From Spirochaetaceae bacterium (GTDB taxonomy: Bacteria > Spirochaetota > Spirochaetia > DSM-27196 > SLAA01): 61,055 nucleotides of DNA. A program made the position numbers and the translations under genes. Location of the stretch: NCBI GenBank assembly GCA_007695055.1, contig REEM01000222.1:1-61055 (forward strand), in the 5' to 3' direction. The notes beneath the pieces were generated by a model, which was not told the DNA's origin, did not search any database, and was given only the letters and a program-made list of their open reading frames with translations. Below are positions 1 through 9,162 of this stretch, piece after piece. The number at the start of each line of letters is the position of its first letter. Within the stretch, counting starts at the first letter, position 1.

Positions 1-1120
1 CCTGATGTAAGACGCGCGTATTGCCGGTGGCAAGCGCATCCCAGAGGAGCACCATCATGGTGGCATGGTATGCTGTGTCACATTCACGCCCAGCGTACTC
101 GCCCTCACCGAAATACCGCACGATCTCTTTTGGCTCAACAATTGCCTCTGCGACCAACGCAACTCCAGGAGCAACAACACGCGCGCAGGCATGGAAAATC
201 CGGAGTATGAGATGCGACTCTTCTTGATTCTGACAACTGGTACCGATACGTTTCCAAAGAAAGGGAACCGCATCTAAACGAATGATGTCGGCGCCACAGT
301 TTGCAAGAAAGAACAGAATTTCGGTCATTTCCACCAGGACGTCGCAGTTGGTGTAGTTGAGGTCCCACTGGAAGTCGTTAAAGACGGTCATGACCCACTT
401 GCCAAGCTCCGGTACATAGCTAAAGTTTCCGGGCGAGGTCTCAGGAAAGACCTCCGGCATAGATTGTTCAAACTGGTCCGGTATTGTCCGGTTGTCAAAC
501 ATGTAATAGTAGTCTTGGTATTGTTGTTCACCGGCGCGAGCCTTAAGGGCCCATTCGTGCTCATTTGAGGTGTGGTTGACAACCAGATCAAGCTCCAGCA
601 GCATGCCCTCGTCGTGCAGCCTACCAGCAACCCGGCGCAGGTCATCTATACTGCCGAGCCGGGACTCGACTTCTTGATAGTTGCTTACCGCATAGCCACC
701 ATCACTCTTTCCAGCGGGCCCCTTGAGGAGCGGCATAAGATGGACAATAGTTATACCCAACTCCCGTAGGTAGGAAACTCTCTCTTCCAAGCCCGAAAGG
801 TCACCGGCGAAGCGATCCAAATAGGCCATATAGGCTGCATGTCGGCTGTCCTGCAACCAAGCAGGGTGCCGTTCACGCTCGAGGTCAAGGAGACGCATAC
901 GCTCAGGGCGGGCCACATACGAGTGGGCAAGCCGCCACAGCAACTGGGAAACCGCACTCTCAAACTCAGCCGATTTTCCATAGAGACCTTCAAGCAGATC
1001 TACAATGCTAAAAAACTGGGCGCCAAGCCGAGTGAAGAAACGCTCGTCGAGTTTCAGGTTGGAACTCCGAAGATCGTCAATAACGGTGCTGAGGATGCAG
1101 TCTGATTGTCGTTTATCCAT
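1..1120 (-). CDS. GH13 amylosucrase-like glycoside hydrolase (3' end truncated by window edge)
   Basis: Not in the ORF track because it runs off the left edge. Manual translation from ATG at 1120: MDKRQSDCIL...YLDRFAGDLSGLEERVSYLRELGITIVHLMPLL...SDGGYAVSNY...DLVVNHTSNEHEWA...FQWDLNY...IRLDAVPFLWKRIGTSCQN...VAEAIVEP. These are GH13_4-type conserved regions with nucleophile Asp (RLDAV) and acid/base Glu (AEAIV). Confidence 0.88.
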   Translation of the reverse strand, partial: MDKRQSDCILSTVIDDLRSSNLKLDERFFTRLGAQFFSIVDLLEGLYGKSAEFESAVSQLLWRLAHSYVARPERMRLLDLERERHPAWLQDSRHAAYMAYLDRFAGDLSGLEERVSYLRELGITIVHLMPLLKGPAGKSDGGYAVSNYQEVESRLGSIDDLRRVAGRLHDEGMLLELDLVVNHTSNEHEWALKARAGEQQYQDYYYMFDNRTIPDQFEQSMPEVFPETSPGNFSYVPELGKWVMTVFNDFQWDLNYTNCDVLVEMTEILFFLANCGADIIRLDAVPFLWKRIGTSCQNQEESHLILRIFHACARVVAPGVALVAEAIVEPKEIVRYFGEGEYAGRECDTAYHATMMVLLWDALATGNTRVLHQ

Positions 1121-1189
1121 GCTTATTCTTCCGGTAGCTGCATGGTAACAGAGCGTTCACCCGCTGTCTATCGGAGTTGGACCCCTTTA

Positions 1190-2008
1190 TCAACGATCAC
1201 TGCGTGCGATATAGAAACTACCTTCCAAACGCGCAAAGCACCAGTCGGCGCTAAAAGCCAATACTGCAGCGGAAACAGCACCGGTAAACACGAGCGCATA
1301 GTTGTCCCGCACCAGACCTGAGATGATTATTGCACCAAGACCGCCAGCACCAACGACAGCGCCAATGGTTGCGGTGCCAATATTGATCACCACCGAGGTT
1401 CGTACTCCAGCAATGATCACGCGTGCCGCAACCGGCAACTCGGTGAAAAACAGAATTTGAACAGGTGTCATTCCCATTCCGCGTGAGGCCTCAACAATGT
1501 CTGGCGGAACCGCCTCCAGGCCCGATATAGTGTTGTTCAAAACCGGGAGAATGCTGTACACAAAAAGGGCAACGACGGCTGGCTTGAATCCGAATCCAAG
1601 GGCGGGCACCGCCAGCGCGAGCACCGCAACCGGCGGAAAGGTCTGCGCCAGCGAACTCAGGTCCCGCACAATACCTAAAAAGTCCCGTCCGACAGACCGA
1701 GTAACCAGTACGCCTAGACTAATCCCGACCACCGCTGCCGCACTTCCCGAAACTGCAACCAGCACCAAGTGTTCACCAAGCAGGGTCATGAGCGAGGCTC
1801 GTTCGTACAGGTAACCGCGACGCCCCGGAAACATCATCCGCAACACAGCCTCAAGCTGTGAGGGGTTAGCAGCAAGCCACAGAAGGGTCACTACTCCCAT
1901 CACAAGCAGCACCGGCCCTACTACATCGGCAGAGCCCATGATCATTCGCACCCGGAAGCGCTCGCGCGCGGATAGCTTGTGCTGTGAAGGACTAGACATA
2001 CCCATCAC
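1190..2008 (-). CDS. yehW: Osmoprotectant (betaine/choline-type) ABC transporter permease, YehW-like
   Basis: Hydrophobic protein with QTFPPVAVLALA and the EAA-type loop (IVEASRGMGMTPVQILFFTELP); last gene of the 4-gene ABC cluster. Confidence 0.85.
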   Translation of the reverse strand: MMGMSSPSQHKLSARERFRVRMIMGSADVVGPVLLVMGVVTLLWLAANPSQLEAVLRMMFPGRRGYLYERASLMTLLGEHLVLVAVSGSAAAVVGISLGVLVTRSVGRDFLGIVRDLSSLAQTFPPVAVLALAVPALGFGFKPAVVALFVYSILPVLNNTISGLEAVPPDIVEASRGMGMTPVQILFFTELPVAARVIIAGVRTSVVINIGTATIGAVVGAGGLGAIIISGLVRDNYALVFTGAVSAAVLAFSADWCFARLEGSFYIARSDR

Positions 2009-3086
2009 TCTGATTCACCGCCTCTATATCGGTGAGCCGAACCTCACCAACCAGACGGTTACCGTCCGAAAGCACCGGCACTGCCTTCATGCCTCGTCCA
2101 AGCAGACGGGACAACGCGTCTCGCAACGAGTTCACCGTACTCACACCGAGTTCCTCGGCACGCACCTCTCGTACATCGCCCCAGTTCCCTCCACTGCGAC
2201 GGCACATACCCACCAGGACTTCACCTGCATCCACAATCCAGAGCATTCCGGTGCCGTTGATCTGCATGTCCTCGGGGGGTCTCCCGTTCTGGAGTAAAGC
2301 CCGATCCAGGAAGACGGCCTTATGCATATAGGACTCGACGGTGAAACAGGAAAGCCGTTTCAATGCGCGGTCGGCTCCTACGAACTCGCGCACAAACTCG
2401 TTGTGAGGGGCTCCCAATATGCGTTCGGGAATATCGTCCTGAACCACCTTGCCGTTGCGCATGAGAACAATTCGATCTCCGAGACGTATGGCCTCATCTA
2501 GATCATGCGTCACAAATACCACCGTTTTTTTTAACTCACGATTCAGCGAAAGGAATTCTCGTTGCAGCACCTCGCGTCCAAGGGGATCAACCGCACCAAA
2601 CGGTTCGTCCATGAGAAGTACCGGCGGATCCGCGGCTAAGGCACGAGCCACGCCCACCCGTTGCGCCTCTCCACCGGATAGCTCGTGCGGCAACTTATCA
2701 CGATAGGCTCCCGGAGAAAGGCCAATGAGTTCAAGCAGCTCATCTGCCCGTGTGTCGCGCTTGTGTTTGTCCCACCCCAGCAACCGCGGCACAATGCCTA
2801 TGTTCTCACGCACCGACATATGCGGGAGCAGACCAACGCTCTGAATTACATAGCCTATTCCACGCCGCAGTTCCTCTGCCCTGATCTTCGACACCGGTGT
2901 GCCGTCAAGACGAATGGTTCCGGAGCTCGGCTCTATCATGCGATTAATGAGCCGCAGGCTCGTAGTCTTCCCGCAGCCTGAAGGCCCAATGAACACACAG
3001 ATCTTTCCGGCTGGCAGCTCCAACGAGATATCATTGACCGCGCTCACGCCATTGTATTCTTTAACGACATGTTCAAACTCAATCAT
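1992..3086 (-). CDS. yehX: Osmoprotectant ABC transporter ATP-binding subunit, YehX/OpuBA-like, with C-terminal CBS-like region
   Basis: Start re-called at ATG 3086 (MIEFEHVVK), which overlaps the upstream stop. Walker A GPSGCGKTT, signature LSGGEAQRVGVARAL, Walker B LLMDEPF, VFVTHD. Confidence 0.9.
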   Translation of the reverse strand: MIEFEHVVKEYNGVSAVNDISLELPAGKICVFIGPSGCGKTTSLRLINRMIEPSSGTIRLDGTPVSKIRAEELRRGIGYVIQSVGLLPHMSVRENIGIVPRLLGWDKHKRDTRADELLELIGLSPGAYRDKLPHELSGGEAQRVGVARALAADPPVLLMDEPFGAVDPLGREVLQREFLSLNRELKKTVVFVTHDLDEAIRLGDRIVLMRNGKVVQDDIPERILGAPHNEFVREFVGADRALKRLSCFTVESYMHKAVFLDRALLQNGRPPEDMQINGTGMLWIVDAGEVLVGMCRRSGGNWGDVREVRAEELGVSTVNSLRDALSRLLGRGMKAVPVLSDGNRLVGEVRLTDIEAVNQSDGYV

Positions 3087-4251
3087 CAAGAACATCCTTC
3101 TGCCCAGGAGGTGTGAGCACCGCAATGATAACCGCCAAGCCGCGGTCAACACATATCGACAGCGCAATGATAGGCAGTACCCCCATGACAATGAGGTCAG
3201 GGGCGCCCTGCCCCAGACCTTGAAAAACAAAAGCACCAAGACCACCGGCCCCAATCAGGGCTGCGACTGCGGTATTTCCAATGGCTTGCACCGTAGATAC
3301 CCGGACGCCCGACAGCATTATGGGGAGAGCTATGGGCACCTCAACATAGCGCATGAGCTCAACCCGGGTCATGCCCATACCCCGGCCGGAGTCAATAACA
3401 CCGGTCTCGATTGCGGCTAAGCCTGCGTAGGCGTTCCGCGTAATAGGCAGTAGAGCATAGAATGTAATAGCTATGAGAGCGGGCGCGTTGCCAATTCCAC
3501 GAAGCCCAAGTTCTCGCAAAAGAGGAAACTGGCGGGAAAGATACGCAAGGGGTGCAATCATGAGACCAAAGAGTGCGAGGCTGGGAATGGTCTGCAATCC
3601 ATTGACCCCACCAAAAACCGGCTTCTCCAGGTAGCGCTGTTTCCACGCGAGTACTCCGAGGGGCACCCCAATGAGGGTTGCAAGGCCCACGGCAGTAAGC
3701 GAGATAGAGAGATGGGTCGACAGCTCGCTCATGAACCGATCTCGCCTGTTGGCAAACTCCATGACCACGGCCCAACTGTCGAGGCTACCACCTAAAAACA
3801 GCCCCACCGCCAAGATGAGAGGAGCAGCCCCAATGAAGACCCGCACCGGATACACCACCGGCGCGTTCTTTAATGACCCCTGTATGAGTATGTAAGCGGC
3901 GAGTACGGCCAGCCAGAATCCAGCAGAAGGGCTCACGCGCCCAAAGGCCTCCGGAGCAACCAACACGGCGCCTGATAGCGACAGCGCCAACAGCATTACC
4001 GCCAGATAGAGCTGCCCCAGGACAATCTTGGCGGCCCTCACCGCAGGCCGTTCCGGAAGGAAGGCTGCCGCCAGACTCAACACTAACAAGGTGAGGGGAA
4101 GGAGAACATGGGGACCGCTTGGCAAGGCATGATAGAGGTACGGCACACCGAGAGCTACCCTGTTCTCCTTCATGAGAAGAAAAGGCAGACTCAGTGCACC
4201 AATGCCAATGACCGCCCCAAGGGCGGTCGTCTTCTCGCAGGCTAACCGCAC
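3079..4251 (-). CDS. yehY: Osmoprotectant ABC transporter permease with extended N-terminal membrane domain, YehY-like
   Basis: QTIPSLALFGL, YALLPITRNAYAGL and DSGRGMGMT motifs; long hydrophobic N-terminus as in YehY. Confidence 0.85.
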   Translation of the reverse strand: MRLACEKTTALGAVIGIGALSLPFLLMKENRVALGVPYLYHALPSGPHVLLPLTLLVLSLAAAFLPERPAVRAAKIVLGQLYLAVMLLALSLSGAVLVAPEAFGRVSPSAGFWLAVLAAYILIQGSLKNAPVVYPVRVFIGAAPLILAVGLFLGGSLDSWAVVMEFANRRDRFMSELSTHLSISLTAVGLATLIGVPLGVLAWKQRYLEKPVFGGVNGLQTIPSLALFGLMIAPLAYLSRQFPLLRELGLRGIGNAPALIAITFYALLPITRNAYAGLAAIETGVIDSGRGMGMTRVELMRYVEVPIALPIMLSGVRVSTVQAIGNTAVAALIGAGGLGAFVFQGLGQGAPDLIVMGVLPIIALSICVDRGLAVIIAVLTPPGQKDVLDD

Positions 4252-4270
4252 ATATGCTCCATTGATTCGC

Positions 4271-4353
4271 TTAGCTACCGTGGTTTCCTTGGCTTCCTTG
4301 GCTATGGAAGCAGCCTTGGCTACTGAAGCTTTCTCAGCTACTGAAGCTGCCTT
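4271..4353 (-). repeat. Degenerate 18-bp-period tandem repeat in the yehZ-yehY spacer
   Basis: Minus strand: aaggcagcttcagtagct / gagaaagcttcagtagcc / aaggctgcttccatagcc / aaggaagccaagga... Confidence 0.6.
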
Positions 4354-5320
4354 AGTTAAGGAATCCGTGTTCGTTTAGGTACTCTCGAGCAACCTCCGAC
4401 GCGTCACGGCCCTCAACCTGTATGGCTGCGTTCAGTCCTTGCAGAACCTCGAGCGTTAAGCCTTCAAACACCGGAGCCAATAGGCCCTCTATTTCCGAAT
4501 ACTCCTCAAGCACAGCAGCCCGGATGATCGGCGCAGGCTCGTAGACCGGCTGAACCCCAAGCGTGTCGTCAAGTACACGAAGGCCAAGGGCCGACAACTG
4601 TCCGTCGGTTCCATAGGCCATGGCTAGATTCACTCCGTCGGTTTGTCGCGCAGCCGCCTGAGCGGTGACCGCTGTATCGCCTCCGGAAAGCAGCAAAAGG
4701 CGATCCGAGGTAAACTCAAACCCGTAGGCAGCCTCAAAGGCCGGAAGGGCATCATCTCTGGCTGCAAACTCCTCGCTACCGGCCAACCGTACCTGTCCAC
4801 CGTCGTTCATATAGCGAGCAAGGTCTTCAAGCGTAGACAAGCCTTCGGCCTCGGCCAGGTCTTCCCGCACCGCAATAGCCCAGGTGTTATTTGCCGGTGC
4901 TGGCTGCAACCAAACTATGTCGTTGGCCTCTCGGTCAAGCTCTCGTACCGCCTCGTACCCGGCTGTCGCGTCGTTCCAGACATCACGAGGACCGTCGCCA
5001 AAGAAAAAGGCACCGTTTCCGGTGTACTCGGGATACAGGTCGATTTCGTCATTAATAATTGCTCGTCGGATGACATCGGTCGGACCAAACTGTGTTCTAT
5101 CGGTAACGGCAAAACCGTCGTTTTGCAAGATCTGCACGATCATGGAGCCAAGCAAGGCACCTTCGGTGTCAATTTTCGAGGCAACCACAACTGGGCCCTT
5201 TTCGACAACCTCGACCTCGGCTGGCGAGCACGCCAACGCCAACAGCAATAGAACCGCCGCCCCCAGAACTAACCGAATGTTCCCGTTCTGCCTGTGTGGC
5301 TTTCTCATCTTTAGCATCAT
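4352..5320 (-). CDS. osmF: Osmoprotectant ABC substrate-binding lipoprotein, OsmF/YehZ-like
   Basis: Lipobox LLALAC; VVVASKIDTEGALLG, DLYPEYTGNG, NNTWAIAVR, MAYGTDG, QPVYEPAPIIR; AAGGAG RBS upstream. Confidence 0.88.
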   Translation of the reverse strand: MMLKMRKPHRQNGNIRLVLGAAVLLLLALACSPAEVEVVEKGPVVVASKIDTEGALLGSMIVQILQNDGFAVTDRTQFGPTDVIRRAIINDEIDLYPEYTGNGAFFFGDGPRDVWNDATAGYEAVRELDREANDIVWLQPAPANNTWAIAVREDLAEAEGLSTLEDLARYMNDGGQVRLAGSEEFAARDDALPAFEAAYGFEFTSDRLLLLSGGDTAVTAQAAARQTDGVNLAMAYGTDGQLSALGLRVLDDTLGVQPVYEPAPIIRAAVLEEYSEIEGLLAPVFEGLTLEVLQGLNAAIQVEGRDASEVAREYLNEHGFLN

Positions 5321-5391
5321 TTCGCTCCTTAATTATCGCGTTGCTGACCCACCCAAAGCGGGTGACCCACTGTTTGAGTCTCACCCCTAGT

Positions 5392-5420
5392 AAGGTAGAA
5401 AGCCAGCACGAGATCGTCAA
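5392..5420 (-). promoter_or_regulatory. Putative sigma70 promoter of the yeh/osmF operon
   Basis: Minus strand TTGACG (5415-5420), 17-nt spacer, TACCTT (5392-5397). Confidence 0.45.
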
Positions 5421-5442
5421 GGAATTGTAGTTACAACCTTTT

Positions 5443-6441
5443 CTATTTCTTATCTCTATTATCTGTTTTTAGACCGATGTTTTCAACACGCTGACGTAGA
5501 AGCTCTGCGATACGCGCCTTGGTCGCATCACGTAAAACAAGGTCTGCCGCTGGTGCGTTCTCCTCTATTTGGTCGGGACGTCTGGCGCCAACAATTGCAG
5601 AGCTCACTCCTTCAGAAGCAAGAACCCACGCAATTGCTATGCGTGCAGGGGTCTGCCCCAGCTCCTCGGCGAGGTATGAAATCTCCCGTACAAAGTCAAG
5701 ATTTGCCTGCAGCTGTGGCTCCTGAAAGTGCTCATTGCGTCGACGCCAGTCGTCCTTCGGCAATGCTGCAATTCGTTCAGGCGTCATTTTACCGGTCAGC
5801 AGGCCGTTCTGCATTGGGCTGTACACGACCACCCCAGTATTCTTCTCACGGCAGTAAGGAAGGATGTCGGCTTCAATGCCTCGAACCAGCATACTGTAGG
5901 GAGGCTGCTGCGAAGTCACCGGGTGAATTGCCGCGACCCGGCGCGCCTGGCCTACGGAAAAATTGGACACCCCTCCATAGCGAACCTTGCCAGCCTGTAT
6001 GAGATCTGCAATTGCGGCCCATGCCTCTTCAATGCGTTCATCCGGAATGGGCCAGTGGATGTTGTAAATGTCAATGCTGTCTATGCCGAGGCGTTTCAAA
6101 GAGGCGTCACACTCACGCTTCACGCTCGCCGCAGACAAGTCATGGCTCACTTTCTTGCCGCCCGCTGGCCAGACCAGGCCACACTTCGTTGAGATGTAGG
6201 GGCGCTCACCCACGCCACGAATAGCCTTACCGACAATCTCTTCCGAATGGCCGAGTCCGTATACGGGCGCGGTATCGATCCAGTTAATGCCAAGATCCAG
6301 CGCGGTATGGATGGTCTGTATCGAGTCGGTATCGTCCTGCTTACCCCAGCCAAATGCATAACCAGTCCCGCCTATAGCCCAGGCGCCGAGCCCAATGGTG
6401 GTGAGTTCTATATCCGAGTTGCCTAATTGACGTGTGCGCAT
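5443..6441 (-). CDS. Aldo/keto reductase
   Basis: Start re-called at ATG 6441 (MRTRQLGNS). IGLGAWAIGG, WIDTAPVYGLGHSEE, ISTKCG, SLKRLGIDSIDIYNIHWP, GKVRYGGVSNF, VVYSPMQNGLLTGK. Confidence 0.92.
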   Translation of the reverse strand: MRTRQLGNSDIELTTIGLGAWAIGGTGYAFGWGKQDDTDSIQTIHTALDLGINWIDTAPVYGLGHSEEIVGKAIRGVGERPYISTKCGLVWPAGGKKVSHDLSAASVKRECDASLKRLGIDSIDIYNIHWPIPDERIEEAWAAIADLIQAGKVRYGGVSNFSVGQARRVAAIHPVTSQQPPYSMLVRGIEADILPYCREKNTGVVVYSPMQNGLLTGKMTPERIAALPKDDWRRRNEHFQEPQLQANLDFVREISYLAEELGQTPARIAIAWVLASEGVSSAIVGARRPDQIEENAPAADLVLRDATKARIAELLRQRVENIGLKTDNRDKK

Positions 6442-6532
6442 GATTCCTCCCACGCTGACTTCATTTGACGAAACTCTATCAAAATCCCATGATAAGGGAA
6501 AGGAACGCGTGAGGAATGTTTTGGAGGTACCG

Positions 6533-7438
6533 GTGACAGATAAGGACGCAAGGATCGTGGTGTTGCTCAATATTGTACGTGGCGCGCTGATTGGGATTGC
6601 AAACACCATTCCCGGTGTGAGCGGTGGTACCATCGCGGTGGTAACCGGAATATACGAGGACGCCCTGCGTAGCCTGAGCGGTTTCTTCCGCGATAATGGT
6701 GGATGGAAAGCGAACGCCCAGTTCCTTGCCCCTATAGTTCTGGGGGTGGCGATAGGTCTCTTCGGTTTTGCTCATGTGATTGGATATTTGCTTGAGACGT
6801 CCCCGGTAGCCACATCGTTTTTCTTTCTGGGTTTAATTCTCGGTAGCCTCCCATTCCTCATTAAGACCGCCCGCAAGGATTCGTTTCGGCCTATATATCT
6901 TGTTCCGTTGTTGCTGACCCTTGGATTCATGGTCTATATGTCGCTTGCCGAGCGACCACCGGAATCCGACCCAATTCGCACCCTTGGTTTAGCGAGCGCC
7001 GGGCTCGTGTTTCTCAGCGGTGTCATTAGCTCGGGAGCCATGATTATTCCTGGGATTAGCGGCTCCTTTATTCTGCTCCTCATTGGAATGTACACAACCT
7101 TTATTGCCGGACTGCGGGAGGGGAACGTAGTCGTGATTGGCGTGTTTATTGCGGGATCTCTTGCCGGACTGGTATTCATTGCTAAACTGATTAGTTTCTT
7201 TCTGCGTAGATTTCATGGCGCAACCTATTACGCCATACTCGGTCTGGTTGTGGGTTCCATACCCGGGTTCTGGCCAGGCCTCCCAAGCGGTATGGCAGGA
7301 ACCATGAGCATTGCCGCGCTGGTGGTGGGGTTTACACTTGCCTATTATCTTGGAGCCGAGAAGAAGACCCAGAGACTCGCACCAACACGCGCGTCAGTGG
7401 AACCGCCCCCAAGCCACTCAACACCCCCGGAGGCCTAA
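6533..7438 (+). CDS. DUF368 family membrane protein (family described as undecaprenyl-phosphate translocases)
   Basis: GTG 6533 follows GGAGG. Two internal repeats, GIANTIPGVSGGTIAVVTGIYE and AMIIPGISGSFILLLIGMY, are diagnostic of DUF368. Confidence 0.85.
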   Translation: MTDKDARIVVLLNIVRGALIGIANTIPGVSGGTIAVVTGIYEDALRSLSGFFRDNGGWKANAQFLAPIVLGVAIGLFGFAHVIGYLLETSPVATSFFFLGLILGSLPFLIKTARKDSFRPIYLVPLLLTLGFMVYMSLAERPPESDPIRTLGLASAGLVFLSGVISSGAMIIPGISGSFILLLIGMYTTFIAGLREGNVVVIGVFIAGSLAGLVFIAKLISFFLRRFHGATYYAILGLVVGSIPGFWPGLPSGMAGTMSIAALVVGFTLAYYLGAEKKTQRLAPTRASVEPPPSHSTPPEA

Positions 7439-7439
7439 T

Positions 7440-8357
7440 ATGGGCCTACTCAGCAGCCTCGTCTCTACCTACTCTATTGTCGCAGTTGACCGCGAGGCCA
7501 AGGTCATGGGTGCTGCGGTACAGTCACACTTTTTTTCGGTCGGCTCCATCATTTCCTGGGCAGATGCCGGTATTGGGGTGGTCGCCACCCAGTCGCTGGT
7601 GATGCCCGAGTACGGCCCGCGCGGGCTTGCGTTACTGGAGCTTGGCTTGGGTCCAACGGAGGTGCTCGCAGCGCTCACGGCGGCCGACAAAGCCGCCGAT
7701 GTCCGTCAGGTGGCCATTCTCTCACCACACGAGAGCGCCGTGCATACCGGTTCCCGCTGTATTGCCGAGGCGGGGCACATATGCCGCCCACATTTTTCCG
7801 TCCAAGCAAATATGATGATGAATCCTGGGGTACCGGAGGCGATGGCCGAAACCTTTGAGTCCACCGAGGGTAGGCTTGAGTCACGGATGATGGCTGCTCT
7901 GCGCGCTGCTGAGAGCCAAGGCGGTGACATCCGTGGACGGCAGTCTGCAGCAGTGCTTCTTGTTTCGACCGAGGCTACGCCCAAAGTACGTGAAGCTCGG
8001 CCCCTTGATCTCCGTGTAGAGGATCATCCCGAACCACTAACCGAGCTCCAACGTCTGCTTCAACTCCACCATGCATACGCAGAAGCCAATGCTGGTGACG
8101 CCGCTTTGGCCGAGCATAGTTCTGAAGACGCAAACCTGCACTACCGTCGAGCACGAGCTGCCGCCCCCCACAAGCTTGAGCTGCGCTTCTGGGAAGCCAT
8201 GGGCCGCGCCGCGGCAGGCGAGATTGGGGCAGCACGTGAGGCTCTGAAAGAGCTGGATGCGGAAAGCCCATGCTGGCGGGAACTGGCACACCGACTCCCT
8301 ATCACAGGGCTGATTCGTCTTGACCCGGCAGGGTGGGACGCATTGTTATCACCATAA
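7440..8357 (+). CDS. DUF1028 family protein (Ntn-hydrolase-like) with helical C-terminus
   Basis: Start ATG 7440, 1 nt after the DUF368 stop. STYSIVAVD...GAAVQSHFFSVGS, GVVATQS, GGDIRGRQSAAVL, DLRVEDHPEPLTEL. Confidence 0.85.
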   Translation: MGLLSSLVSTYSIVAVDREAKVMGAAVQSHFFSVGSIISWADAGIGVVATQSLVMPEYGPRGLALLELGLGPTEVLAALTAADKAADVRQVAILSPHESAVHTGSRCIAEAGHICRPHFSVQANMMMNPGVPEAMAETFESTEGRLESRMMAALRAAESQGGDIRGRQSAAVLLVSTEATPKVREARPLDLRVEDHPEPLTELQRLLQLHHAYAEANAGDAALAEHSSEDANLHYRRARAAAPHKLELRFWEAMGRAAAGEIGAAREALKELDAESPCWRELAHRLPITGLIRLDPAGWDALLSP

Positions 8358-8426
8358 AACCAACACGTCTGAGATCATCCGAACTGCTCTCGACTCAGAC
8401 CTCGGTTCTGAATGAAATGCCTACCG

Positions 8427-8455
8427 TTGACAAGCCATCTAGGGGCGGATACGAT
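8427..8455 (+). promoter_or_regulatory. Putative sigma70 promoter of infA
   Basis: TTGACA (8427-8432), 17-nt spacer, TACGAT (8450-8455); GGAGGAG RBS before GTG 8525. Confidence 0.65.
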
Positions 8456-8524
8456 AGAGCATTAAGCACACGCGAATACGGCTAAGGGATTAGTCGGAAT
8501 GAAGCGCTCAATCATGGAGGAGCC

Positions 8525-8743
8525 GTGGCGAAAGAAGAAGCCATTGAAGTTGAAGGTATTGTTAAAGAGTCTCTCCCGAACACAATGTTCAGAGTAGAGC
8601 TCAAAAATGGCCATGTGATTCTCACTCACCTTTCGGGGAAAATGCGTAAGCACTATATTCGAATTGTACCGGGTGACAAGGTGCGGGTGGCCCTCTCCCC
8701 CTACGATCTGACCCGGGGACGCATCATTTACCGAGAAAGATAG
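8525..8743 (+). CDS. infA: Translation initiation factor IF-1
   Basis: [11 protein letters not shown]...[13 protein letters not shown]...[34 protein letters not shown]; 72 aa. Confidence 0.98.
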   Translation: MAKEEAIEVEGIVKESLPNTMFRVELKNGHVILTHLSGKMRKHYIRIVPGDKVRVALSPYDLTRGRIIYRER

Positions 8744-9160
8744 TTATCTATACCGAAGTATAGCCCACACAGCCCCGTCTCCGCCGTTGTCGCGTCCCGG
8801 GGTGCCGGTTTCACCCACCCCTGGATGTGAGGCAAGTAGACTCCGAACCGGAGCACGCAGAAGGGACGTTCCGTTGCTGTGATTCCCTTTCCCATGAATA
8901 ACGAGCACCTTGCGCAAACCCCGCGCCTGTGATGTCTCAATGAACCGGCGGGTACGAGTTATTGCCTCTTCTACCGTACATCCATGGAGGTCAAGCTCGT
9001 CGTCTATGGGAAGCCGTCGTTTAGCAAGGTTCTGTTCATGTCTTCTCAGCTCGGCCTCGGCCGGATCCTCAGCTTTTGGGCCTGCGGGTGGCGGGTATTT
9101 ATCAAGCCATTTGGCCCATTCAAGACTACCTGAGTCGCCTGATCGTGAGTTATCTGCCAT
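8744..9160 (-). CDS. Standalone Smr/MutS2 domain protein
   Basis: ELDLHGCTVEEA...VLVIHGKGNHS...LLRAPVR...GGDGAVWAIL. Confidence 0.88.
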   Translation of the reverse strand: MADNSRSGDSGSLEWAKWLDKYPPPAGPKAEDPAEAELRRHEQNLAKRRLPIDDELDLHGCTVEEAITRTRRFIETSQARGLRKVLVIHGKGNHSNGTSLLRAPVRSLLASHPGVGETGTPGRDNGGDGAVWAILRYR

Positions 9161-9162
9161 TG

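Noticed and set aside
690-760. Apparent frameshift in the amylosucrase gene near MPLLKG
   Set aside because: Recounting the G/C run (ccagcgggcccc) gives a continuous frame MPLLKGPAGKSDGGY. The gene is intact.
21-1105. Short ORF-track calls (60-90 aa) on both strands
   Set aside because: They are off-frame or antisense shadows of the single GH13 gene, which has no stop inside the window.
3087-3254. N-terminal extension of the ABC ATPase in the ORF track
   Set aside because: It overlaps yehY coding sequence; the family start MIEFEHV with stop/start overlap fits better.
5321-5442. Possible c-di-AMP (ydaO) riboswitch before the osmoprotectant importer
   Set aside because: The leader is too short and lacks the characteristic conserved segments.
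6434-6633. Head-to-head overlap of the aldo-keto reductase and DUF368 ORFs
   Set aside because: It disappears once starts are placed at 6441 (-) and 6533 (+), each with an RBS-like sequence.
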